Part shown: positions 56,736 to 64,000 of the stretch, piece after piece | Numbering within the stretch: position 1 is the first letter of the stretch | How the letters are laid out: every line of letters starts with the position of its first letter | NCBI GenBank assembly: GCA_037134895.1 | Contig: JBAXLI010000015.1 | Location: 2,875-66,874, forward strand | Length of the DNA: 64,000 nt | Source: Bacteroidota bacterium | Lineage (GTDB): Bacteria > Bacteroidota > Bacteroidia > Bacteroidales > FEN-979 | Direction: 5' to 3' | The notes under the pieces: model-generated | What the model saw: the letters and a program-made list of their open reading frames with translations, nothing else | Told to the model about the DNA's origin: nothing | Databases searched by the model: none | Translations under genes and position numbers: made by a program

Positions 56736-58184
56736 CTACTTACTGATCAGTTTCCCGCTTGAAACATTTCCCATTTCATCAGTAATCCGGTAAATATAGC
56801 AACCAGGATGCAGTTTTACATTATTTATTTTTGGGTTGGATCCTGTCAATAAAGAGGTAAAGACAACTTCGCCCCGGGGGTTTAAGATTGTGAATGTCGT
56901 CTTTCCGTAAATTCCTTCCACAACAAGAAAATCATTCATGGGATTGGGATATACCAAAACCTTAAGGTCCGTGTTTGCTGTACGGGGCACAAAGGTATAT
57001 AATGATGATTTGATATCCAGCAAAGCGCTCTCAATAACAGTAAGTGAATAGGGGATCTGCTGAGGCGGCAATGTGTACCAGCCATTAGCCGATCCTCCCC
57101 ACCCGAAATTAAAATGATAGAACTCATCTGTGTTGTACCCGTCGACAACAACATTATGCCCGCCTGAACCGGTCGAACTCAGTAATCCCAGGTGGACAGG
57201 AAGAGCCTTTTTAACATTGTCGGCGATAAGAGTGTTTAATGTGGTATCCTTGGGATATACGAGCCTGGATTCGTCAAACCCAAACCTCTGAAATGCCATT
57301 GCGGCCTGTTCCATCCCGAATGTCCCGGATACAGATTTACTGTAAACCTGGTGGGCTGCAACCCCACAGGCAAAAGACAAAGCGGCTTTCTCTGAATTTG
57401 ACAAGGTACCGTTTACTGCAAATGTTTCTTCGAGAGTGTCGAGCCAAAGGTTTAAAGTATCAAAGGATGGGAAATCATGTTCAAGATGATCATCATCTAT
57501 CCAGTAACTGTTCCCCGAACCGAAATTATGGTAATAGTCGTCAGTGGAATCAAACCTGGTATGGTTGATCTCACGATGATAATTGATTATCTGGGCCATT
57601 GCAATGGCCGGACATCCTGCGACGCTCCTTGAGCCTGCATTCAGGTCTAGCGGGCACATGATGTTATAAGGAGCCGACTGGGTGTAGTTTGTCACAATCC
57701 ATCCACCCGTTGGGGTTGATCCCTGTGGAGGCCATTGTTCGAACAAGCGGTTTTGACCAAGGCCGATATGGGAAACACCGGCCAGAAAATCAGACCAATC
57801 TTTTGAGATCCCGGCAGCATTGTAACTGGTGTTATATGCAGAAGCCTTTACCCGGTAATCAAGATCTGCCGACATGATTCCTTTCATTACTTTTTCCTCA
57901 TCCGCTGAAAGTTTAACATTCCCTTCAACAGAATAGGCATAAACCGGGTTAACATCCGCAGAAGAGGAAACGATCAGAAACCCGGAAGGCGAGTAGCGGA
58001 ATAAATAACCAACGGTTTCTTTTTGCCCATTGAACAAGGTATCGGTTTTTTCAAGAGAGCTTCCCTGAAGCCGCATTTGCATAAAAGCATTGGCGGCTTC
58101 TGTAATTGAAGGCAAAGGGACTTCTGCAGAAATTCCGGTTAGAGTGATCCACAGCAGAGACAATAAAAGAATCAAACGTTTCAT
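56736..58184 (-). CDS. C10-family (streptopain-like) cysteine peptidase with T9SS C-terminal sorting domain
   Basis: The start is ATG 58182-58184 (MKRLILLLSLLWITLTG). The catalytic Cys region is VAGCPAIAMAQIINYH and the His region is GGHNVVVDGY...FNFGWGGSANGWY. The C-terminal part, VLVYPNPMNDFLVVEG...GCYIYRITDEMGNVSSGKLISK, matches the Por/T9SS tail pattern. Confidence 0.85.
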   Translation of the reverse strand: MKRLILLLSLLWITLTGISAEVPLPSITEAANAFMQMRLQGSSLEKTDTLFNGQKETVGYLFRYSPSGFLIVSSSADVNPVYAYSVEGNVKLSADEEKVMKGIMSADLDYRVKASAYNTSYNAAGISKDWSDFLAGVSHIGLGQNRLFEQWPPQGSTPTGGWIVTNYTQSAPYNIMCPLDLNAGSRSVAGCPAIAMAQIINYHREINHTRFDSTDDYYHNFGSGNSYWIDDDHLEHDFPSFDTLNLWLDTLEETFAVNGTLSNSEKAALSFACGVAAHQVYSKSVSGTFGMEQAAMAFQRFGFDESRLVYPKDTTLNTLIADNVKKALPVHLGLLSSTGSGGHNVVVDGYNTDEFYHFNFGWGGSANGWYTLPPQQIPYSLTVIESALLDIKSSLYTFVPRTANTDLKVLVYPNPMNDFLVVEGIYGKTTFTILNPRGEVVFTSLLTGSNPKINNVKLHPGCYIYRITDEMGNVSSGKLISK

Positions 58185-58328
58185 GGCAGGAATAGTTTTA
58201 TTAGAGTTCGCCCGCAGAATTCTAAAGCAAAGGGAAAAGCCGACAAATGCAACTATTAATGGAAGGCTTATTAGATTTGTCATTGGTTTATAATTTTCTG
58301 TTATTGTAAATATTGTTGATCTTATTTT

Positions 58329-59588
58329 TTACTTTTTCAATTTCTTCAATTGATCTACCGCATTGGCATTTTGAGGATTTAGCTCCAAAGATTTTTCGTA
58401 GTTCTTAATGGCAAATTCTTTATTGCCTGCCAGCATATAGGCTTCGGCAAGGCTATCGAAGGCATTGGCCGATTGCGGATACAAATTTGTATTCTTTATA
58501 AATATGTTGATCGCAGATGCAATTTGATCGTCTCCAAGAAGTGAATATCCTAAAGTGTTTAAGAATCGCTCGTCATTGTTCTTTTCGATTAATTTATCAA
58601 AAATAATTTCAATTGTTTTATCGAGTGCATCTTTACTTTCTGTTTTGATGTCCGGTTCAACACCAATACCTTCACAACTGATTTTTGTAACCGGGCTGAT
58701 AACATCCGATATTGGCATATCAACCACATAATAATCATTTAATATTTTTGGACCTCCTGTTCCGTGAGCTCCAAAATTTGATTTTTCCCCAACAACCACT
58801 GCCCTGCCAAGTTTTTGTAAACTATAAGCAAAAATTTCTCCGGCGGAATAGGTGTTTGAACTAATTAGTATATAAAGTGGGATTTTATCCATTCGCTTAC
58901 CTGGGATATAAGGTAATGAACGATATTGGACGATCTCGTTGTTTTTTCTAAAATGTTCTTCAAATAAAATAATATTATCAGTTTCTTGATAAAAATAGCT
59001 CGCTAAAAACTGTATCATCGATTCCCATCCACCTCTAAAATTTCTCAAATCAAAGATTACAAAATCTGAATTTGAAAGAAATTTCATTGCCGAAATAGCC
59101 GTCTCACTTGCTAAATCTAGTCGTTCCATTCTTTTCAATCGCAAATAACCTATATTGCCCGGAAGTATTTTAATATTCTGAAACCAATAATTAACTGGTC
59201 TTCCATCGTCTAGTATATCTTTTACCCAGTCCTCTCCTTTTTCGGAAATAGCTTTTTTAATGATCGCTACGGTAGAAGGATTATAATATATACGAAAATG
59301 TCGATCATGTGCTATTTGGAACATATCGTCTGTAAGTACTCTGCCTAATTGACCAAAATTATCAATCGAATCATATTTCCCATTTTGCAGATTAATAGTT
59401 AATTGATTTGACATTTTTGTTGCAATATCCGGATTGACATAAAGATCGTTAACCATTACGCTGAGTTGTTTAATTGTTTCAGACCGTAATGAAGAGGTTA
59501 ATTTAATGCTTGATTGAGCGAACGCCAAGTTTGACAGAATCACTAATTGCATAGATAGCATCAATATTAGACCAATTTTCGGTTTCAT
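58329..59588 (-). CDS. S41-family peptidase with C-terminal TPR repeats
   Basis: Signal peptide, then the S41 core with ILISSNTYSAGEIFAYSLQKLGRAVVVGE (catalytic Ser context). The TPR tail is AFDSLAEAYMLAGNKEFAIKNYEKSLELNPQNANA. Confidence 0.8.
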   Translation of the reverse strand: MKPKIGLILMLSMQLVILSNLAFAQSSIKLTSSLRSETIKQLSVMVNDLYVNPDIATKMSNQLTINLQNGKYDSIDNFGQLGRVLTDDMFQIAHDRHFRIYYNPSTVAIIKKAISEKGEDWVKDILDDGRPVNYWFQNIKILPGNIGYLRLKRMERLDLASETAISAMKFLSNSDFVIFDLRNFRGGWESMIQFLASYFYQETDNIILFEEHFRKNNEIVQYRSLPYIPGKRMDKIPLYILISSNTYSAGEIFAYSLQKLGRAVVVGEKSNFGAHGTGGPKILNDYYVVDMPISDVISPVTKISCEGIGVEPDIKTESKDALDKTIEIIFDKLIEKNNDERFLNTLGYSLLGDDQIASAINIFIKNTNLYPQSANAFDSLAEAYMLAGNKEFAIKNYEKSLELNPQNANAVDQLKKLKK

Positions 59589-59612
59589 TTTAACTTCCTT
59601 TTGATTTGTTTT

Positions 59613-59768
59613 CTAATATTTTTGCTTTACTCTCAACTTTTTTAATTGCTCCACAGCATTAGTGTTTTGCGGATAACTCAAACGATTTTTCGTAGTGCTT
59701 AATTGCAAGTTCTTTATCGCCGGCTTTCATGTAGGCTTCACCAAGACTGTCAAATTCGCCTGGCTGCT
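59613..59768 (-). pseudogene. Frameshifted, 5'-truncated remnant of a paralogous S41/TPR gene 3' end
   Basis: The minus strand reads QPGEFDSLGEAYMKAGDKELAIKHYEKSFEL, then a frameshift, then PQNTNAVEQLKKL. This parallels the intact neighbour's tail, AFDSLAEAYMLAGNKEFAIKNYEKSLELNPQNANAVDQLKKL. DNA similarity to 58329-58480 is visible by eye. Confidence 0.7.
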
Positions 59769-59839
59769 AAAAACAGCGCCTTGGCTAACAGTTTTAAGTT
59801 AGTTTTGTTGCAATAAGCGTCAGGTTGGTTCGTGCATTT

Positions 59840-60028
59840 TTATGTCATTCCTGTTCTTATCCATTTCGCCCAATCATCGTCGTATGCTGGACATCCCACA
59901 CTGCCCGGATTAATAATGGTTTTATTACCTGTCTCGACTATTCTTGAAACGTGGCTATGTCCGCAAACAACAATTTTTTGCCTGACATTTTTTAATATGT
60001 CATCAATTTCTGTTGTTTTGCCATTCAT
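59840..60028 (-). pseudogene. C-terminal fragment of a YfcE/MJ0936-type metallophosphoesterase (N-terminal two thirds missing)
   Basis: The 62-aa ORF contains only the distal motifs VVCGHSHV and INPGSVG. TAA and TGA stops sit immediately upstream of its ATG, and no GDxHG or GNHD motifs are present. Confidence 0.6.
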
Positions 60029-60064
60029 TATGTGTTGTTTTTATTTAATGAAACATAACGCCTG

Positions 60065-60131
60065 GCCTGCAAACGAAACAAAGTCAGAGGCTTTGGCAGC
60101 AAATTGCGTTAGCATTGTTTCGTTTGCAGGC
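60065..60131. repeat. 17-bp perfect inverted repeat (GCCTGCAAACGAAACAA / TTGTTTCGTTTGCAGGC) with a 33-nt loop
   Basis: The arms are 60065-60081 and 60115-60131. Complementarity was checked base by base. It lies 49 nt downstream of the M16 peptidase stop, on the minus strand. Confidence 0.9.
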
Positions 60132-60179
60132 TCATTATGGCCACTAAAATTCATTGAATCATCTTCTGATAAGTTACCC

Positions 60180-63170
60180 TTAATCAAATTTCACAAGGTC
60201 TTTGAAAAGGTCTTTAGACGCGTTGATCTTGTCGGCATTACCATAAACACAGACTGCTCTCTGCTGCAGCATGTCGTTGATCATCTTTGAAAATCCTTTA
60301 ATGTCGGAGGCTTTGGTAGTTAAAATTGCGTCCCTGTCCTTTTGGATTTCCTCCGGTTTCCTTTTGGAGAAATAATAGTTCATTGCCGATTCTCCCTTCT
60401 GGCTGTTGGTCTGGGGAATGTCAAGAGTGGAGATTGTCCCGATAATATATCTTGTCATTGCAGTTTCATCGGCATCGAATTTATTCAGAAAATCAACAGT
60501 GGCGGAATACACATCGAATGTTTCCTTAAGGTTCGGATCACGGTAAGAAGAAAACGAGATTAATCCGGTAGCAGAGATATTTGCAGATGCGCCATAAGCA
60601 CCCCCCACAACACGGATTCGCTGTCTCAGCCAGTCCCTCGATAAGATCAGGTTAAGCACCCTCATTTTACCGTCCCATGCATAACCCAGATTTTTGAAAT
60701 TGTAACCTTCATAAACATACTGGACTTTTGAAGCAGTAAGAATCCCCTCGTTCTTCTTTTCGAAATTGAAAGTCCAGGTTTGTATCGGGTTCTTTGCCTG
60801 GGGCAAGGTGTTTGTAAAAATTCCAAGTTCCTTTTTAAAGGTTTCCAGTTCCTTTGTGCCGCTTGTGGTTGCTGCAATCAGGTTTTCTTTTGAGAAGAGC
60901 AGGGCTGAAACTTTTTTCAGGTTGGCAATGGTCATTTCATAATTCTTATCGAACCCTTTGGTAAGATCATTCACAAACCAGTAATAATCGAGGCCTGAAG
61001 TCAGTTCATTAAACATGCCCGAATTACTGTAGTACGATGGCAAACGGGTTGCAGCCACCTGCGCCCCTTCCTGTTTTTTCGAGGCTTCTAGCTGTGACTG
61101 GTGCCTTGTAAGCAATGTTTTTAGGCGGGATGTATCAGAGAAATCAGTTTTGCTGATGATCTCTGAAGTCAGTTCAAAAGCCTTGCCAAGTTTATCACTC
61201 ATGGCAGATGAAACGACAACAAACTTCGGCAGAAGCTGTTTGTCGTCAAGGTTTTCTGAGTAGGTCCTGAGGGTTGTATAGAGATTACCGGTATTGATAT
61301 TCATGGCTTTATTCAAGTCTCCGTAGCTGTAATTTTTTGTATTCATTGAGCCGAGAAGGTTAGAAAGCAGGGAGGCCCAGGGGATCATCTCCTTTGGGAG
61401 GGTGCGAACGTCAAAGTACAGGCTGGTGTAAACCACACCATTTGTAAATTCCTCATGGAACAACACAGGCACTCCATTGACCTGGTTTTGAGCGACCCCA
61501 TACCAGGTTGCTTTGGGATCAATATCTTTTAAGGTAAGCATTGGAATTTTTGCCAGGGCTTCAGTTGTGTTTTCCCTTTTCTGAAAAGCCACAAGGTCTT
61601 TTGTTTCTTTTACCAGTCCATCAACAGCCTCGGGGCTGAGTTTTGATTTATAGGCAGCAAGATTTTCCTGAACTTTTGCATTTTTTTCCTTATCCAGTCC
61701 TGGTTTTGGAATAAGTGTGAGCAATACTGAATGGTTGTTGCCGATAAAATATTTTTTGAGAATGGATTCAAAATAATTGCCTTTCAGCGCTTTTTTTACC
61801 TCTGCAAGCGGTTTTTCATATTCCAGTCCCTGGAAGGGGTTGCCTGCAAACAACCATCCCGGTTCGATCCAGCTTATATAAGAGATTCCTTTCTGGGCAT
61901 CATTACCTTCTCTGAGACGGAATTCAGTACGGTTTATAACCCCCTGGATCTCGCCTTTGTCGAAACCTTTCACACTGACGTCGCGGATGGTGTTCATCAC
62001 TGTTTCATAGAACCTTGCTTTGTCATTGGGATTAGCATTCTGAACGGTGATCTGAATAACATTCTGATGGTAATTGTTGACAGAGGCATTGACATCCTGC
62101 CCGATCCCGGCTTTTTGCAAAGCAAGCCTTACCGGGGCTGTTTCCTGGTTAACCAGCAGGTCGGTAATCATTCCCAGTGCCCATGTCAGCGATTCATCGG
62201 TATTATATCCTGCAACAAGACTCAGTGAAAGGAATGTCTGGTTTGCTGTATCTGCACCTTCCATCACCGGGTAATAACCCGTGATATCCTTCATCGCTTT
62301 AAAAGGTTTCTGGTCAGGCAATGCCGGTTTGAAACCTGAGCGGGTAAATGCTGAAAGGTATTCCCTGTCTATGAACTCGAGTTCCTTATCGAGGTCGGCA
62401 TTTCCGTAAAGAAGGATATAACTGTTTTCAGGGTGGTAATACTTTTTGTGGAAGGCGACAAATGCTTCCTGGGTAAGTGTTGGAATTGCTGCCGGAAGGC
62501 CGCCTGATTCAAAACCATACCCGTTGTCGGGGAACAAATTTTTATAGATCTGGTAACTCAGTTCTTCTTCAGGATTTGAAAATACTCCTCTCATCTCGCC
62601 GTAAACCACGCCCTTGTATGTGATCGCGTCATCTTTTCCTGCCAGGTCATAGTGCCATCCCTCCTGTTTTAATATCCGGGGATCAGAATAGAGCAGGGGA
62701 TGGAAGACAGCATCGAGATAAACATTCATCAGGTTGAAATAATCCTTATTGTTCATGCTTGCGACCGGGTAAGCTGTAAAATCCTTACTGGTAAATGCAT
62801 TCAGGAAGGTTTTCAGGGATCCTTTTGCAAGGACGTCGAACGGACTCTTAACCGGGAATTTTGTCGATCCGTTCAAGACGGAATGTTCCAGGATATGAGG
62901 AGCGCCATTGTCGGAATCAGGAATCGTCTTGAAAGAGATTGCGAACGTTTTATTCGGATCGTTTGCTGCTATTTTAAACAGCTTTGCCCCGCTTTTAATA
63001 TGTTCATAATAGTAACAATCGGCATTTACTTCTTTGACGAATCTCTTTTCAATCAGTTTGAAGCCATATGTGACTGTCTGGCCTTGAGAAGCCTGAGTAA
63101 ATGCAAAAATGAACATCGATGCCAGGATAGACAGCCCGGTCAATGAATGTAAGAATCCGATTTTTTTCAT
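60180..63170 (-). CDS. M16-family insulinase-like zinc peptidase (PreP / M16C type, 996 aa)
   Basis: The inverted zinc motif HILEHSVLNGSTKFP (HxxEH) lies near the N-terminus after a signal peptide. The roughly 1000-aa four-domain length is typical of PreP-like M16C enzymes. Confidence 0.85.
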   Translation of the reverse strand: MKKIGFLHSLTGLSILASMFIFAFTQASQGQTVTYGFKLIEKRFVKEVNADCYYYEHIKSGAKLFKIAANDPNKTFAISFKTIPDSDNGAPHILEHSVLNGSTKFPVKSPFDVLAKGSLKTFLNAFTSKDFTAYPVASMNNKDYFNLMNVYLDAVFHPLLYSDPRILKQEGWHYDLAGKDDAITYKGVVYGEMRGVFSNPEEELSYQIYKNLFPDNGYGFESGGLPAAIPTLTQEAFVAFHKKYYHPENSYILLYGNADLDKELEFIDREYLSAFTRSGFKPALPDQKPFKAMKDITGYYPVMEGADTANQTFLSLSLVAGYNTDESLTWALGMITDLLVNQETAPVRLALQKAGIGQDVNASVNNYHQNVIQITVQNANPNDKARFYETVMNTIRDVSVKGFDKGEIQGVINRTEFRLREGNDAQKGISYISWIEPGWLFAGNPFQGLEYEKPLAEVKKALKGNYFESILKKYFIGNNHSVLLTLIPKPGLDKEKNAKVQENLAAYKSKLSPEAVDGLVKETKDLVAFQKRENTTEALAKIPMLTLKDIDPKATWYGVAQNQVNGVPVLFHEEFTNGVVYTSLYFDVRTLPKEMIPWASLLSNLLGSMNTKNYSYGDLNKAMNINTGNLYTTLRTYSENLDDKQLLPKFVVVSSAMSDKLGKAFELTSEIISKTDFSDTSRLKTLLTRHQSQLEASKKQEGAQVAATRLPSYYSNSGMFNELTSGLDYYWFVNDLTKGFDKNYEMTIANLKKVSALLFSKENLIAATTSGTKELETFKKELGIFTNTLPQAKNPIQTWTFNFEKKNEGILTASKVQYVYEGYNFKNLGYAWDGKMRVLNLILSRDWLRQRIRVVGGAYGASANISATGLISFSSYRDPNLKETFDVYSATVDFLNKFDADETAMTRYIIGTISTLDIPQTNSQKGESAMNYYFSKRKPEEIQKDRDAILTTKASDIKGFSKMINDMLQQRAVCVYGNADKINASKDLFKDLVKFD

Positions 63171-63203
63171 GTTTAATAAGTGTTTGAATAAATATTTAAT
63201 GGT

Positions 63204-64000
63204 TTACTGTTTTGCAAGTTTGAACTGAAAGATAGCGTAAGCGATAAGATACGTGAGCAGGCCGGTAAGAAGGGCAAAGCTATAACCATAGGAAGAGGCG
63301 ATGAGGATGATCCCCACAGATCCTATGACTGAAGCGCTTCCGGTGACAGCAAAGGCCCAGTCAACCTGTGAGCTGATCCTGGCAGCAGCTTTCGGAAAAG
63401 GCATGCCCATGAAGTATCCAAGGGGAGCAATCAGAATTGCGCTCAGGAACATCCTTGGGAACAGGTCCCAATCACCGAATAAACAAAATAGTTGCCGGAA
63501 AAGAAAAATATCTGCCAGCAGCCATACAGCAATCGATATAAAGACCACATTCGGAGAAAACTTTTCAGAATGCAGGCTGCCAAGGCCGCTTGAAACAAGC
63601 ATTATCATCAGGACCAAAGCTATACTGTAGATTGAAGACCCAATGAACAAAGTATATTGCTGGATCAGTATCACTTCAAGGATCATATAGCCCATTCCGA
63701 TAAAAAAGAAATACAGCCAGGGAAGAAGTTTTAATTTCTCTCCTTTAAAAAGGTACGGCAGGAGGTTAAGCGGGATAATCAGGACAACACAAACAATGAG
63801 AATGATGATCATGATCACCCGGCTCAGGGGAAATCCTGTGAATTCATATAACGGGATCTGGTCGAGGCCCGATAATTTGATATTTCGGAGCAGTCCCTGC
63901 TGGGCAATGAACGGACGGTCATCGGTACATGGGGAAATATCGACTTTGGCATTTATTGCCATTGGTCTCCATCCAAACAGAACAATGCGGTTGTAAATGT
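63204..64000 (-). CDS. Polytopic membrane protein, C-terminal part (5' end outside the window); possibly the membrane module of a spermidine-synthase-like fusion
   Basis: The frame stays open upstream of the track's Met at 63962 up to the window edge (IYNRIVLFGWRPMAINAK...). The CTDDRPF motif is followed by about 6 TM helices. Confidence 0.5.
   Translation of the reverse strand, partial: IYNRIVLFGWRPMAINAKVDISPCTDDRPFIAQQGLLRNIKLSGLDQIPLYEFTGFPLSRVIMIIILIVCVVLIIPLNLLPYLFKGEKLKLLPWLYFFFIGMGYMILEVILIQQYTLFIGSSIYSIALVLMIMLVSSGLGSLHSEKFSPNVVFISIAVWLLADIFLFRQLFCLFGDWDLFPRMFLSAILIAPLGYFMGMPFPKAAARISSQVDWAFAVTGSASVIGSVGIILIASSYGYSFALLTGLLTYLIAYAIFQFKLAKQ

Noticed and set aside
60024-60139. 8-bp direct repeat TCATTATG (60024 and 60132) as a target-site duplication of a MITE containing the 17-bp inverted repeat
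   Set aside because: The inverted repeat is not terminal on the left side, because 33 nt separate it from the direct repeat. The arms therefore do not behave like terminal inverted repeats, and an 8-bp AT-rich match can occur by chance.
59832-60290. 152-aa plus-strand ORF
   Set aside because: It runs antisense across the phosphoesterase remnant, the inverted repeat and the 3' end of the M16 gene. It has no motifs and an implausible composition.

Overview
This 64-kb window looks like Bacteroidota chromosome, an inference from a T9SS C-terminal sorting domain, lipoprotein signals, a DUF2723 protein and a TAnnTTTG-type promoter box. It is densely coding, with about 45 protein genes and one tRNA-Val(CAC). 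I saw no transposase, integrase, CRISPR array or rRNA.

The dominant feature is a roughly 24-kb co-directional gene string (25346-49475). It encodes one ABC ATPase, a TolC-like duct, an HlyD-like adaptor and eight tandem but strongly diverged 771-806 aa double-FtsX (MacB-like) permeases. A beta-propeller-like lipoprotein gene sits between permeases 5 and 6. The string starts behind a near-consensus sigma54 -24/-12 promoter. Divergently upstream lie an NtrC-type sigma54 activator and a histidine kinase that has essentially no periplasmic loop.

The second theme is a family of tandem heptanucleotide repeats at gene boundaries.
- A 20-unit, 140-bp array lies inside the 5' end of the gene translationally coupled to an ECF sigma factor.
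- Two inverted arrays plus an 11-bp perfect inverted repeat form a palindromic element between convergent genes.

Other notable items:
- a KirBac-type K+ channel split by a single in-frame TGA
- an EF-G paralog outside a ribosomal context
- a cluster of secreted protease genes (C10 with T9SS tail, S41, M16, M64)
- a gene-decay patch with two truncated gene remnants and a 17-bp perfect inverted repeat
- a 627-bp ORF-free region

All functional calls come from reading motifs in the supplied translations. No database search was possible.
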